Source of the DNA: Ignavibacteriota bacterium
Lineage (GTDB): Bacteria; Bacteroidota; Ignavibacteria; UBA10030
Assembly: GCA_963727825.1 (NCBI GenBank)
Contig: CAVSHO010000009.1
Span: 832,001-896,000, forward strand
DNA length: 64,000 nucleotides
Direction of reading: 5' to 3'
Within the stretch, counting starts at the first letter, position 1, and every line of letters starts with the position of its first letter. A program made the position numbers and the translations under genes. The notes under the pieces were generated by a model that searched no databases, was not told where the DNA came from, and worked only from the letters and a program-made list of their open reading frames with translations. Positions 22,097-33,165 of this stretch are shown one piece after another.

Positions 22097-22623
22097 AGAG
22101 TATATATTTAGAATAAAAATAGATGCTTTTGGCGTTGTCACCTATAACGAACTTTGTGTTAAAAAAGTTGCAGTTTCGCAAAAAGTTGGATGATGAAAAG
22201 ATACATATTTTTTTCTTAAAATTGCTTCAATGTTACTGGCTCAACGTACACGAAAAACATTGAATAGTTATGATGATTTCGGTGGACAACGGAAGTAAGT
22301 CGGCGAACGGTGGATGTATCTAGAATTTCATGTTATAGGCCAAATTTTTTGGTGCGATTGTTCCGCCGTCAAATTAAATCCTTATTTGTAATCTTCTGTC
22401 AAACGGGATTGTATTTGAGTTACCAAGAAGTTTTTCGTTTTCTTACAGAAATGCAGGTGCCATATTATTACCTCAAAAACATATTTGTTAGAGTATTGCC
22501 AATCGCACATTAATATTAAATAATCTGTAATAGCACTTGATTGCATTAATTATTTATGTTATTTTACCATTGAGCTTAATTAAATAATGTCTATTCCTTT
22601 AAATAGATGAAGGAGAAAAAATA

Positions 22624-24039
22624 ATGGCAACGCCAAAAGATTTTTTTGATTTCGTTAAGAAGAACAATTCGGAGATGATCGATCTCAAATTTGTCGATCT
22701 CTTGGGGAGCTGGCAACATTGCAGCTTTCCAATTGATGTGATTGATGAAGATACGTTTGTAGAGGGATTAGGATTTGACGGTTCGTCCATTCGAGGTTGG
22801 CAAGGAATCCATATGTCTGATATGCTGGCCTTACCCGACCCGAATACGTTTTGCTTGGATCCCTTTTTTGCTAAACCAACAGTAAGCATAATTGCCGATA
22901 TTGTTGATCCAATTTCAAAACAGAAATATACTCGGGATCCACGTTATATCGCACAAAAGGCAGAAGAATATTTGAAGCAAACAAAGATAGCCGATACTTG
23001 CTATATTGGACCAGAACCTGAATTCTTTATTTTTGATCAAGTTCGTTATGAGCAAAATCAGCATTGTGGTATGTACGAAATTGATTCTCAGGAAGGTGCC
23101 TGGAACACTGCCAGATTTGAAGAACCAAATTTGGGCTACAAGCCAAGTTTCAAAGGCGGATACTTTCCAGTCAGTCCAACGGATACGTTTCATGATCTTC
23201 GTGGAGAGATGGTTTACGAAATGCGTAAAATCGGAATTACCGTAGAAGCGCATCATCATGAAGTTGCCACCGCCGGTCAAAGTGAAATTGATATGAAATT
23301 TACAAATTTATTGAAAATGGCTGATCAACTTATGTGGTATAAATACATATGTAAAAATGTGGCAAAGAAAAATAATAAAACTGTGACTTTTATGCCCAAA
23401 CCGATCTTTCAAGATAATGGAAGCGGAATGCATACTCACTTCTCCCTTTGGAAGGAAGGTAAACCTTTATTCGCGGGAGATGGTTATGCCGGTCTTAGTC
23501 CAATGGCTCTTAATGCTATCGGAGGCATTTTGAAGCATGCGCCAGCCATTCTTGCATTTGCCGCACCGACGACGAATTCATACCGTCGTCTTGTTCCCGG
23601 ATTTGAAGCACCAGTCAATCTGGCATATTCAGCTAGAAACCGCTCGGCTTCATGCAGAATTCCAATGTATTCTCCAAGTCCGAAAGCAAAACGTGTGGAA
23701 TTCCGCTGCCCTGATCCGAGTTGCAATGGATATCTAACCTTTTCGGCGATAATGATGGCTGCTGTTGATGGAATCCAAAACAAGCTTGATCCAGGTAAAC
23801 CATTGGATAGAGATATCTATGAAATGACACGGGAAGAATTAAAGTCTACTCCAAAAACACCGGGCTCATTGGAAGAAGCTATTATCGCATTGGAAAAAGA
23901 CAATGCCTTTTTAACTAAAGGAAGCGTCTTTACAGACGATCTTATCGAAGCTTGGATTACGTGGAAACGGGAGAAAGAATTGGATGAAATGCATCTCCGG
24001 CCGCATCCGTATGAATTTCATCTGTATTATGACAATTAA
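22624..24039 (+). CDS. glnA: Glutamine synthetase type I
   Basis: FDGSSI, HHHEVA, MPKP...NGSGMH, EFRCPDP; adenylylation-site-like DIYEM. Confidence 0.98.
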   Translation: MATPKDFFDFVKKNNSEMIDLKFVDLLGSWQHCSFPIDVIDEDTFVEGLGFDGSSIRGWQGIHMSDMLALPDPNTFCLDPFFAKPTVSIIADIVDPISKQKYTRDPRYIAQKAEEYLKQTKIADTCYIGPEPEFFIFDQVRYEQNQHCGMYEIDSQEGAWNTARFEEPNLGYKPSFKGGYFPVSPTDTFHDLRGEMVYEMRKIGITVEAHHHEVATAGQSEIDMKFTNLLKMADQLMWYKYICKNVAKKNNKTVTFMPKPIFQDNGSGMHTHFSLWKEGKPLFAGDGYAGLSPMALNAIGGILKHAPAILAFAAPTTNSYRRLVPGFEAPVNLAYSARNRSASCRIPMYSPSPKAKRVEFRCPDPSCNGYLTFSAIMMAAVDGIQNKLDPGKPLDRDIYEMTREELKSTPKTPGSLEEAIIALEKDNAFLTKGSVFTDDLIEAWITWKREKELDEMHLRPHPYEFHLYYDN

Positions 24040-24070
24040 TATTCTTAATTGACCTCATAGATTTCTAAAG

Positions 24071-24116
24071 AAGTCGATGGTCATAGTCGTTCATCATTAT
24101 GGCCATTGACTTTTTT
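24071..24116 (+). terminator. Rho-independent terminator after glnA
   Basis: AAGTCGATGGTCATAG ... TTATGGCCATTGACTT followed by a T-run. Confidence 0.7.
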
Positions 24117-24292
24117 ATGCTCTTCCTGCAAGAATTATCAAATAGAATAGATATTGAAGCGTGGAGATATTTTATTTCCAACATCAATAAGTTAATGTTC
24201 AAGTTATTTTAGATCGTTTCTAGGAGATATATGGGTATTTTTATATTATCTTACATACTTAATTAATGTTCATTCAAAGGAGAATTGTATAC

Positions 24293-26401
24293 ATGGAAAC
24301 AGAATCACTGATGTCTAAAGAATCATTGGAAAATACTTTTGCGTGCAATGTTTTTAGTGATGTTGCTATGCGGGCACGGTTGCCTAAAAACATTTATAAG
24401 ACATTGAGAAAAACTATTGATGAAGGCTTGCCACTTGCACCGGAAGTTGCCGATATCGTAGCCAACGCCATGAAAGACTGGGCGATAGAAAAAGGTGCAA
24501 CGCACTTTACGCATTGGTTTCAACCAATGACCGGAATGACAGCCGAGAAACATGATTCCTTCATTTCTCCAACAGGCGATGGCCGTATTATTATGGAGTT
24601 TTCCGGTAAGGAGTTAATTAAAGGTGAACCGGACGCTTCCTCTTTCCCGTCTGGCGGATTGCGTTCAACATTTGAAGCCCGTGGTTATACGGCATGGGAT
24701 TGTACATCGCCGGCATTTTTCAAAGATAATACACTGTGTATTCCTACAGCATTTTGTTCCTATACGGGTGAAGCACTTGATAAAAAGACGCCACTTCTAA
24801 GATCTATGGAAGCCCTTTCAAAGCAAGCTATCCGCGTTCTTCGGTTGTTAGGTAATACTACCGCGACTCGGGTTGTTGCAATGGTAGGGCCCGAGCAGGA
24901 ATATTTTATCATCGACAAAAAAACATATGAAAAACGGAAAGATTTAATTCTTACAGGACGTACACTATTCGGTGCAAAACCAGCAAAAGGTCAAGAGTTG
25001 GAAGATCATTACTTTGGCAATTTGAAAGAACGGATTGCATCATTCATGGCAGAAGCGGATCAGGAACTTTGGAAACTCGGTGTGCTGGCAAAGACAAAAC
25101 ATAACGAAGTCGCGCCGGCTCAACATGAACTTGCTCCTATATACAGCACAACAAATATAGCAACTGATCACAATCAACTTGTAATGGAAACTTTGAAGAA
25201 GGTTGCTAATCGCCAAGGACTAGTTTGCTTGCTTCATGAAAAACCGTTTGCAGGCATCAATGGTTCGGGTAAGCATAATAACTGGTCAATGGCCACCAAT
25301 GACGGGCAGAACTTACTTGATCCCGGGAAAACGCCCCACGAAAACGAACAATTTCTTTTATTCCTTACAGCAGTTATACAAGCCGTGGATGAATATGCTG
25401 ATATATTGCGTGTTTCTACCGCAAATCCAGGTAACGATCATCGACTTGGCGCGAACGAAGCACCCCCAGCGATTATCTCGATCTTCCTCGGAGAGCAGCT
25501 AACGGATATTTTAAAGCAGATTGAAAATGGTGGTGCGAAATCCTCTAAAGTTGGCGGCGAATTAAAATTAGGCGTTACCACGTTGCCGGCATTACCGAAA
25601 GATTCCACGGATCGGAATCGAACATCGCCATTTGCCTTTACCGGTAATAAATTTGAATTCCGTATGGTAGGATCTTCAGCTTCAATAGCAGGGCCAAATA
25701 CCGCATTAAATACAATTGTTGCTGAAATCTTGTCGCGCATTGCAACTCGGATAGAGAAAGCAAAAGATATCGACGCTGAAGTTCAGACTATTGTAACCGA
25801 GATTGTTAAAAAACATAAACGAGTCATCTTCAACGGCAACAATTATACAGACGAATGGGTTAAGGAAGCGGAAAAACGTGGTTTGCCAAACATCACTTCG
25901 ACAGTAGCCGCTATTCCAGTGTTTATTAGTGAGAAATCTATAAAGCTGCATGAAAAGCATTCTGTCTTGAGCAAAGAGGAATTGCATTCACGCTATGAAA
26001 TCTCTCTTGAAAACTATACAAAGACTGTCAATATTGAAGCATTGACAATGTTGGAAATAGCGAAACGCCAGATATTGCCGTCATCTATCACGTTTGCGGG
26101 CAAAGTTGCATCAACAATCGCTTCGTTGGAAAGCGCTTCTGCAAAATCTAAATCTGCGGAAAAATTATTATTGGAATTGACTGTGACAATCGATTCCTTT
26201 GGTAAAAATATCGATGCACTTGAATCTGCGCTTAGCAAACTTAAGCATGAAGACAATGCTCTGAAACAAGCTCAATATTATCGTGATGTTGTCTTTGTTG
26301 CGATGGGAAAACTACGTGTTGATGGTGATAAGTTAGAAACAATGGTGGACGCAGATATCTGGCAATTACCGACGTACGCTGACTTACTCTTCAATATATA
26401 A
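24293..26401 (+). CDS. glnN: Glutamine synthetase type III
   Basis: [48 protein letters not shown]; about 700 aa. Confidence 0.96.
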   Translation: METESLMSKESLENTFACNVFSDVAMRARLPKNIYKTLRKTIDEGLPLAPEVADIVANAMKDWAIEKGATHFTHWFQPMTGMTAEKHDSFISPTGDGRIIMEFSGKELIKGEPDASSFPSGGLRSTFEARGYTAWDCTSPAFFKDNTLCIPTAFCSYTGEALDKKTPLLRSMEALSKQAIRVLRLLGNTTATRVVAMVGPEQEYFIIDKKTYEKRKDLILTGRTLFGAKPAKGQELEDHYFGNLKERIASFMAEADQELWKLGVLAKTKHNEVAPAQHELAPIYSTTNIATDHNQLVMETLKKVANRQGLVCLLHEKPFAGINGSGKHNNWSMATNDGQNLLDPGKTPHENEQFLLFLTAVIQAVDEYADILRVSTANPGNDHRLGANEAPPAIISIFLGEQLTDILKQIENGGAKSSKVGGELKLGVTTLPALPKDSTDRNRTSPFAFTGNKFEFRMVGSSASIAGPNTALNTIVAEILSRIATRIEKAKDIDAEVQTIVTEIVKKHKRVIFNGNNYTDEWVKEAEKRGLPNITSTVAAIPVFISEKSIKLHEKHSVLSKEELHSRYEISLENYTKTVNIEALTMLEIAKRQILPSSITFAGKVASTIASLESASAKSKSAEKLLLELTVTIDSFGKNIDALESALSKLKHEDNALKQAQYYRDVVFVAMGKLRVDGDKLETMVDADIWQLPTYADLLFNI

Positions 26402-26431
26402 TATCCATTTTTCATTGAACGCTATGGATCA

Positions 26432-26464
26432 AAAACCCGCATTTGAATTTTGAATGCGGGTTTT
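26432..26464. terminator. Bidirectional terminator after glnN
   Basis: AAAACCCGCATTT...GAATGCGGGTTTT. Confidence 0.75.
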
Positions 26465-26481
26465 GTTTGTACCGACACTAT

Positions 26482-26622
26482 AATAAACATCCTCGCCGCA
26501 AGCAGCGAGGTATTTTGTCACTCCCGCGTACGCGGGAGTCTAATGTTCTAGATTCCTCCCGACTTTGTCGGGACAGGAATGACGACGCAAGCGTCGGTGT
26601 ATTGAACCCGAAAGAGAATAAA
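26482..26622. repeat. Composite REP-like palindromic element
   Basis: CCTCGCCGCAAGCAGCGAGG; GTCACTCCCGCGTACGCGGGAGTCTA ... TAGATTCC[TCCCGACTTTGTCGGGA]CAGGAATGAC; GACGCAAGCGTC. Confidence 0.75.
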
Positions 26623-26653
26623 ACAGTGTGAAAATGGAAAAGGGAGTGGAAAT

Positions 26654-28153
26654 CTAACAGGTCAAAACTACACCGAGTTCACAATCAGAACACCGCTTAT
26701 CTGAACAGTAGAACTTATAGAGTTGAATTAAAGCTTGCTGGCGACTTACGTTCTTTAATGGCAACCTTCCTTTCAATAATTGTTTTTCCATCAACAGTGT
26801 GATAGAATTGTTATCGGATGCCGGAATAGAGTGGTACACATTAAGCGCGCCTTCACGGACGGTTTTATCCTTAAAAATGCGCGCATATAACATGGCAATT
26901 GGCAAAACGGCGTTAACGATAATTTCGTGAATACGCGATGTACCAAGCGTTGTAATTCTATTTGAAGATTTTGTATCAAAGCTATAATGATGTCTCCAGA
27001 AATCGTTTGTTTCAATGCTGAAGAGTTGAATCAGTTTGCGCTCTTTTTCTATAGAGGAGATGTTGGATTTTAGCGTTTGTATGATACAGCGGAATAAATC
27101 GCTTACTAAAAACACTTTAATAAGCGAACTTGCGGCAACAAGCCGTATTGTTGGAAAATTAGAAGGACGCGTTGGAAAGAATTGCCAATCGGCAGCATTA
27201 AGAATTTCACCATGATATTGTGAGCGTAGTTCTTTCCACTTTTTACGCAAATCATGCGCATACTGTCGAGCTTCTTTCTCTTTAATACTTTTACTTTTGG
27301 GTAACAAATTAGCCGCGCCAAACATCAACGATTCTATTGTGAGATCCGAAACCGGCATTCCGAAATTTGCAATTACTTTTAATGTCATATTTTCAGCCAA
27401 CCTTAAAAAGGGCTCTCGATTCTTGCTGTAACCAAGTCCTTCCATCACGCCCTCGTAAAGAATTTGTTCCCATAGTTCTTTATTGGAAAGATCTTTTTGT
27501 GATAACTCTGGAAACGTTGGAATTTGGTTATGTTCGCCCTCAGATGGCAGTTCACCATAGGGACGTTGCCATTCGTGTAATGTCATGCGGCGCGCATGAG
27601 CAAGCTGTTTCAATCGTTCGTCAAACCGGCGAAGCTTTAATTCTAGCCGCTCAACAGCCAGTTTTACAAGCCAATGATCGAGTGCATCGGAAGTTAAAAT
27701 GTTATTCTTGTCGAAACATCGAATTGTTCCCGATTTCTTTGCACGTTCATCGAGAATGGTTTTTTGCCATATAGTCTGGATGGAATCTGAAAGAAACTGA
27801 CCAAGCACAAGAATAGGTATCTGTCTACCGCTATTGACAAACGTTGGGGGAGCGTCGCTCGTTGTTTCCAACACAACATGGAGGATGACTTTATTATAGC
27901 GTGGGTCTTCCTGATGTTGATGCTGAAGCCACTCAAATACAGTACGGTGAATCTCAACGTCACCTGAATAAGTAACGCCGCCGATTTTTATTTTTGCGTT
28001 GCAGAAATCCGGTCCGCCGTCCGAATTCAATTGGCCTACATTATAAACTTTTAGTATTTTGCCGTCTGCAGTTTGCAAATCGGCAGTAAGATACTGTTTG
28101 CTCCAAATATGCCGAAGGAATCGTTCGTGGATATTGTGTGTGCGACGGTTCAT
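26654..28153 (-). CDS. DUF2851 family protein
   Basis: GPDFCNAKI...GDVEIH...H..DPRYNKVILHVV, RPSNFPTIRL, C-terminal YCSDKRCSDC. Confidence 0.88.
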   Translation of the reverse strand: MNRRTHNIHERFLRHIWSKQYLTADLQTADGKILKVYNVGQLNSDGGPDFCNAKIKIGGVTYSGDVEIHRTVFEWLQHQHQEDPRYNKVILHVVLETTSDAPPTFVNSGRQIPILVLGQFLSDSIQTIWQKTILDERAKKSGTIRCFDKNNILTSDALDHWLVKLAVERLELKLRRFDERLKQLAHARRMTLHEWQRPYGELPSEGEHNQIPTFPELSQKDLSNKELWEQILYEGVMEGLGYSKNREPFLRLAENMTLKVIANFGMPVSDLTIESLMFGAANLLPKSKSIKEKEARQYAHDLRKKWKELRSQYHGEILNAADWQFFPTRPSNFPTIRLVAASSLIKVFLVSDLFRCIIQTLKSNISSIEKERKLIQLFSIETNDFWRHHYSFDTKSSNRITTLGTSRIHEIIVNAVLPIAMLYARIFKDKTVREGALNVYHSIPASDNNSITLLMEKQLLKGRLPLKNVSRQQALIQLYKFYCSDKRCSDCELGVVLTC

Positions 28154-28214
28154 AATACACCTCCCTGAGTTGCATTAATCGACCAGCCAAATATTCAACA
28201 GCTCAATTACTTAC

Positions 28215-29025
28215 TTATCCAATATACATCCTCATTTCTTCCAACATTTTTTTTGCTTTTGCTCTTGCCGCTTCTGCAAAATCTTTTCCTGATGAAGCAT
28301 AGATAATGCTACGGCTTGCATTGATGATTGCAAGCTGTCCGTGTTCGTCGCAGCCATAACGAATTGCTGACTTCAAATCGCCGCCTTGCTTACCAATGCC
28401 GGGAATGAGAATCGGCATGTCCGGAACAATTTTTCGGATTCGTTGCAATTCTTTCGGATGTGTAGCACCAACAACGAGACCGATGTTTTGATTAACATTC
28501 CATTTTTTTGCAGTGTTCACGACTTTTTCGTATAGAGGTTTCGTTCCCACTTTTAAATCGCTGAAAATCTTTTGAGCCAGAATTGGAAGTAAGGGCAAGA
28601 ATAAAAATTCCTTTTTCTGAATTCGTTAGAAAAGGTTCAACAGAATCAAATCCCATATATGGATTGACTGTAACCGAATCGAAGCCGAAATCCTCAAAGA
28701 GCGATTTAGCATATCGTTCTGCCGTGTTCCCAATGTCGCCACGCTTTCCATCTCCAATAGTAAGAACAGATTTCGGAATAAGTTTCAGCGTCTCCCGCAA
28801 TACAGAGAGTCCGAGTTCTCCCATTGCTTCATAAAAAGCAAGGTTTGGTTTGTAAGCACAGACCAAATCGCCGGTTGCCTCGACGATCTGCCGATTGAAT
28901 TCCAAAACAGGGTTCGCCAATGATTGCAGATGCTGTGGAATTCTTTCTGCATCAACATCAAGACCAATACAGAGAAGAGAATTTTGTTTGATTTGGACTT
29001 CTCGAAGTCGTTGTGTAAAAACCAT
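28215..29025 (-). CDS. pyrF: Orotidine-5'-phosphate decarboxylase, split by a +1 insertion at about 28555
   Basis: DGKRGDIGNT, NPYMG, VVGAT, PGIGKQGG, INASRSI spread over two frames. Confidence 0.93.
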
Positions 29026-29030
29026 TGGTT

Positions 29031-29417
29031 CTAACCTTTCAGGAAAATTGAATAAGCAATTTCACATGTCAATAATAATAAAACGATAGAAGAAACTATG
29101 ACAAAGCGCCAATCTCGTTCTACTGCAAAACCGAAAACCGCAGTAATAACACGGAGGACAGGTGTAAACATAAGCATTACAAGTCCAACGAACATCAAAG
29201 TCACCGGATCAAATGTCGTGGAAAAAAGACGCTCCATCAAATTGCCAAGCGAAGGATTTGTGTTAAAAGCAACGATTGAAGACGGAGAAATTGTCGCAAT
29301 AAGTAATCCCAAAATCATCAAACTTGCACTGACCCAAACACCAAGTTGCAGAACGCGACTTGTCCAGCGTTCTGCAGTGTGATGTGTGCCGTTTGATATG
29401 AAATTGATATCCGACAT
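29031..29417 (-). CDS. DUF1634 family membrane protein
   Basis: MLMFTPVLRV...ERDWRF; usual partner of TauE/SafE. Confidence 0.85.
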   Translation of the reverse strand: MSDINFISNGTHHTAERWTSRVLQLGVWVSASLMILGLLIATISPSSIVAFNTNPSLGNLMERLFSTTFDPVTLMFVGLVMLMFTPVLRVITAVFGFAVERDWRFVIVSSIVLLLLTCEIAYSIFLKG

Positions 29418-29421
29418 ATAT

Positions 29422-30300
29422 TTATCTCAAATACAATTGAATAGAAATCCCCAATAAGGCTATTGCAAATATCCACGTTAATACTTTGCTGTGAATTTTG
29501 CGACTTATGCGAACACCTGTCATTGAGCCGGCAAGCACGCCAAGTGCAGCTGAAGAAGCAACGAAAGGATTTAAATGCCCATGTGCAAAATAAATGAACG
29601 CACTTGCTGCCGCTGTAACGCCAATCATAAAATTACTTGTTGCGGTTGCCGCCTTCATCGGAATGCCGGAAAGAATATTCATTGCCGGCACCTTGAAAAT
29701 TCCACCGCCAACGCCAAGCAAGCCAGAAACATTACCAGCGACAAGCGAAATCAGCATCGCAGCAGGTACTTTCTTCACTGTATAATGTACAGTCGTTCCA
29801 TTGGCATCGTCAGTAAGGCTACTGGGAAGAACGCCATCAGCATGAAGCATCTCTGGACCGTTTTGCTGTCGTATCCGCCAAATCATTATTACAGCAACGA
29901 AAAACATCAATCCCGAGAATAATTTTGAGAGAACAGTTGCGCTTAAATAGTTAGCAGTAATACCGCCAAGAATAGCACCGCTCACAGTTGCAATTTCTAA
30001 TAGCATTCCAAGCCGCATATGAACAATACGGCGTTCAAGGTTCATTGCCGCACCTGCGCTCGACGTAGCAATAACGGCAATAATGCTGGTCGCAATCGCT
30101 TGATGCATTGGAATATTGAGAACCATCACAAGAAATGGAATCAGCAGTACGCCGCCGCCAAGCCCGAGTAGTGCACCAAATGTGCCGGCAACAAATCCGC
30201 CGGCTAGAAGAAAAATAAAAGAAAGTATTGACAAGAGAATTCCGTGCAGTACGTGTGTGTTTGACACTTCGATAGTACGAAAAAGAAGGATAAGTTTCAA
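29422..30300 (-). CDS. TauE/SafE (TSUP) family transporter
   Basis: GLGGGVLLIP, GVGGGIFKVP, AATATSNFMIGVTAA. Confidence 0.92.
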   Translation of the reverse strand: MKLILLFRTIEVSNTHVLHGILLSILSFIFLLAGGFVAGTFGALLGLGGGVLLIPFLVMVLNIPMHQAIATSIIAVIATSSAGAAMNLERRIVHMRLGMLLEIATVSGAILGGITANYLSATVLSKLFSGLMFFVAVIMIWRIRQQNGPEMLHADGVLPSSLTDDANGTTVHYTVKKVPAAMLISLVAGNVSGLLGVGGGIFKVPAMNILSGIPMKAATATSNFMIGVTAAASAFIYFAHGHLNPFVASSAALGVLAGSMTGVRISRKIHSKVLTWIFAIALLGISIQLYLR

Positions 30301-30475
30301 ATGAACAGTCAGTCCTCTATCAATGTTCCATAAAAAATCTATGAAGCAAAGAAAAAAGAATATTTTTGCGTTATGGAGTTCATTTCTAAAAAAGAATTCT
30401 TATTTTAATTCAAGACACAAATGCTTTTGTTTAAAACCTGCACAAGAGAAGTTGATGTAACGCGGAAAAACATTC

Positions 30476-31778
30476 ATGGCTCTTGAAGTTGTAAAATTTT
30501 CCTATCTCAGTGAGTTCGTTAACTTACCGGTACTGCGGATCAGTGATAATAAACGAATCGGCAAGCTGGTGGATCTTGCTGCAACCACAATACAGGTTTA
30601 TCCGCGTGTAACCGGACTAATGGTGCGAACACATCGCGGTAAACAGCCAATCTATATTCCATGGAGCAATGTTAAGCGAATGGTGTTTAAAGAGCATATT
30701 GCAGTGGAGTATCCTGCAAACGGTGGTGAGCAACAAGCAAAGGCGGCAGAAAACGAAATTTTAATTTGTAAAACCTTCTTGGACAAACAAATTATTTCAA
30801 CCGAAGGGTACAAAATTGTCCGTGTGAACGATCTTCAACTGCTGATAGAAGACAAGGCGAAAGAGAGCACTAACCTCTGGGTGGTACACATCGACATTGG
30901 TTTCAAAGGAATTTTACGTAGGATTGGAATTTTACGTATAGTGAATGGTGCCTTCCGCTGGGTAACAGATCGCGACATTAAAGATGAGTTTGTCTCGTGG
31001 AAATATGTTCAACCGACCGCCACGTCTTCTGTTTATGCTTCAGTACCAACTAAAGACGGACGCATCGAAGTTGTCAGAGATTCATCCAGCCGATCTTGCA
31101 GACATTCTGGAAGATCTCGGAACGGACGAACGCATCGCCCTTATCGAGTCACTCGACAACTTTACCGCTGCTCAGACACTTCAAGAAATGCAATTTAAGA
31201 ATCGCTTGCAAATTGTTGAATCAATGGAACCAGTAAAGTTCGCGCCTATCATAAATGAGATGCAGATGGATGAGGCAGTAGACTTACTAGATGCATGCGA
31301 TATACAAAAACGTCAAGCGGTGTATGCAATCCTACCAACGGAAAAAGTAGCAGAGTTAAAAGAGCTTTCTACTCTTTCAATATACAGCGTCGGTAGTATT
31401 ATGAACACAGACTTCGTTACTGCAAGGTCCACAGAAACGGCAGGGATGGTACTAAAACGTATTATTACGGAATGTGAAAAATCTGAAATGTATCGATATG
31501 CGTACGTGCTTGATAATGACGAACGGCTTCTTGGTGTAGTGAGTCTACGTAGCCTTCTTCTCAGCGACGCAGATATGCTAGTTGTTGATATTATGATTGA
31601 ACAGGCTGTTTCGGTGCAAATTGATACGCGTATTCGACGCGTGGCAAAACTATTCTTCAAATATAACTTTGAAGCCATTCCTGTAGTGGATGACGATAAT
31701 AAACTTCAGGGGCTTGTATCTTTCCGCGATGCCTTAGCATCTGTGTTCCCAGAAATAAAGGAAGAGGAAACAGTTTGA
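30476..31778 (+). CDS. MgtE intracellular/CBS-domain protein with PRC-barrel-like N-terminus, split by a +1 insertion at about 31046
   Basis: LDKQII...VRVNDL, IHPADLADILE, tandem CBS domains; adjacent to an Nramp gene. Confidence 0.85.
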
Positions 31779-31779
31779 T

Positions 31780-33039
31780 ATGAATTTTTTCAAACGAATC
31801 AAAGATAATCCTGCTCTGCGTCAGATAATAATATTCATGAGTATTCTGGGACCAGGAATTGTAACTGGTAGCGTTGATAACGACGCCGGCGGAATTACAA
31901 CATACTCTGTTGCCGGTGCTATGTACGGTTACAAATTGCTCTGGACGCTTATACCTTCGTTTATAGCGCTCTTAACTGTACAGGAAATGAATGCGCGCAT
32001 GGGCATTGTCACAGGCAAAGGCCTGGCGGATTTGATACGCGAAAGCTTTGGTGTACGCATCACATTTTACATGTTTATTTTTCTTTTGGTTGCTGACGTA
32101 GGAAATACTGCGACGGAGTTTGCCGGTGTCGCCGGCAGTATGAATATTTTTGGTGTAAGTAAATATATTTCGGTTCCACTTGCAGCTGTTGCAGTTTGGG
32201 TACTTGTGCTGAAAGGCAACTATAAATTTGCAGAAAGAATATTTTTACTTTTTAGCGTATTTCTCCTTTCGTATGTCGTTTCAGCAGTTATTGCCGGCCC
32301 CGACTGGAGCGTAATTGGTAAAGCAGTGGTTACACCAACGATGCATTTTGACAACGAATACATCACCACAGTTCTTGGTATTATCGGTACGACCGTTGCA
32401 CCATGGATGCAGTTTTATATGCAATCGGCAGTGATTGAAAAAGGATTGAAAATCAGTGATTACAAATACACACTATGGGATGTTGTTCTCGGATGTATTG
32501 CCACAGTTGTCGTTGCATTCTTTATTATTGTAGCTTGCGCTGCAACACTTAACGTGAACGGTGTTAAAATCAACGAAGCGGCAGATGCCGCGATGGCATT
32601 GAAACCATTGGCCGGTGCATTGGCTGGTCAACTGTTTGCGTTCGGATTATTTGTTGCATCGATTTTTTCAGCAGCAATTCTTCCACTAGCAACAGCATTC
32701 TATGTCTGCGAAGCGTTCGGATTTGAAGCGGGTATAGATAAAAAATTTAGCGAAGCCCCTCAATTCTATTCGCTCTTTACTATTATAATTCTCATCGGCT
32801 CCGGCATTATTTTAATTCCAGGTGCCCCGCTTATTGCTATCACTATTTGGACGCAAGTGCTAAATGCCATTCTGCTTCCTATGGTGCTTATTTGTATGAT
32901 GATCATTGTTAACAATAAAGAAATTATGGAAGAGTATACTAATAACCGGATGCAAAATACAATCGGCTGGACAACAACGGCAATCTTGATAATACTTAGT
33001 GCATTCCTACTTTTATCTGGTATAGGTGTTGTCGGGTAA
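31780..33039 (+). CDS. Nramp-family divalent metal (Mg/Mn) transporter
   Basis: GPGIVTGSVDNDAGGITTYS, GTTVAPWMQF. Confidence 0.92.
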   Translation: MNFFKRIKDNPALRQIIIFMSILGPGIVTGSVDNDAGGITTYSVAGAMYGYKLLWTLIPSFIALLTVQEMNARMGIVTGKGLADLIRESFGVRITFYMFIFLLVADVGNTATEFAGVAGSMNIFGVSKYISVPLAAVAVWVLVLKGNYKFAERIFLLFSVFLLSYVVSAVIAGPDWSVIGKAVVTPTMHFDNEYITTVLGIIGTTVAPWMQFYMQSAVIEKGLKISDYKYTLWDVVLGCIATVVVAFFIIVACAATLNVNGVKINEAADAAMALKPLAGALAGQLFAFGLFVASIFSAAILPLATAFYVCEAFGFEAGIDKKFSEAPQFYSLFTIIILIGSGIILIPGAPLIAITIWTQVLNAILLPMVLICMMIIVNNKEIMEEYTNNRMQNTIGWTTTAILIILSAFLLLSGIGVVG

Positions 33040-33165
33040 AATAGAAAAACGCTTGATACTTGCTTTCGATTGAATTAGAAAGTACGAAATGTTAAACCTA
33101 AGAGTTGGCAAGATGAATACACCTGGGTCATTACTTCACTTGTCTTATTATATGGGGATATAAAC

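Noticed and set aside
22531-22546. Possible sigma54 promoter for glnA (TAGCACTTGATTGCA)
   Set aside because: Lacks the -24 GG and spacing is one base short
26443-26631. 62 aa ORF, and possible CRISPR or tRNA reading of the GC-rich hairpins
   Set aside because: The ORF simply reads through the terminator and REP-like palindromes; no repeat-spacer periodicity or cloverleaf
28540-28570. Programmed frameshifting in pyrF and the other split genes
   Set aside because: No common slippery sequence or stimulator; six same-direction +1 events fit sequencing error better
30301-30475. M-box or Mn riboswitch upstream of the MgtE-like/Nramp genes
   Set aside because: Short, AT-rich region with no recognisable aptamer or terminator
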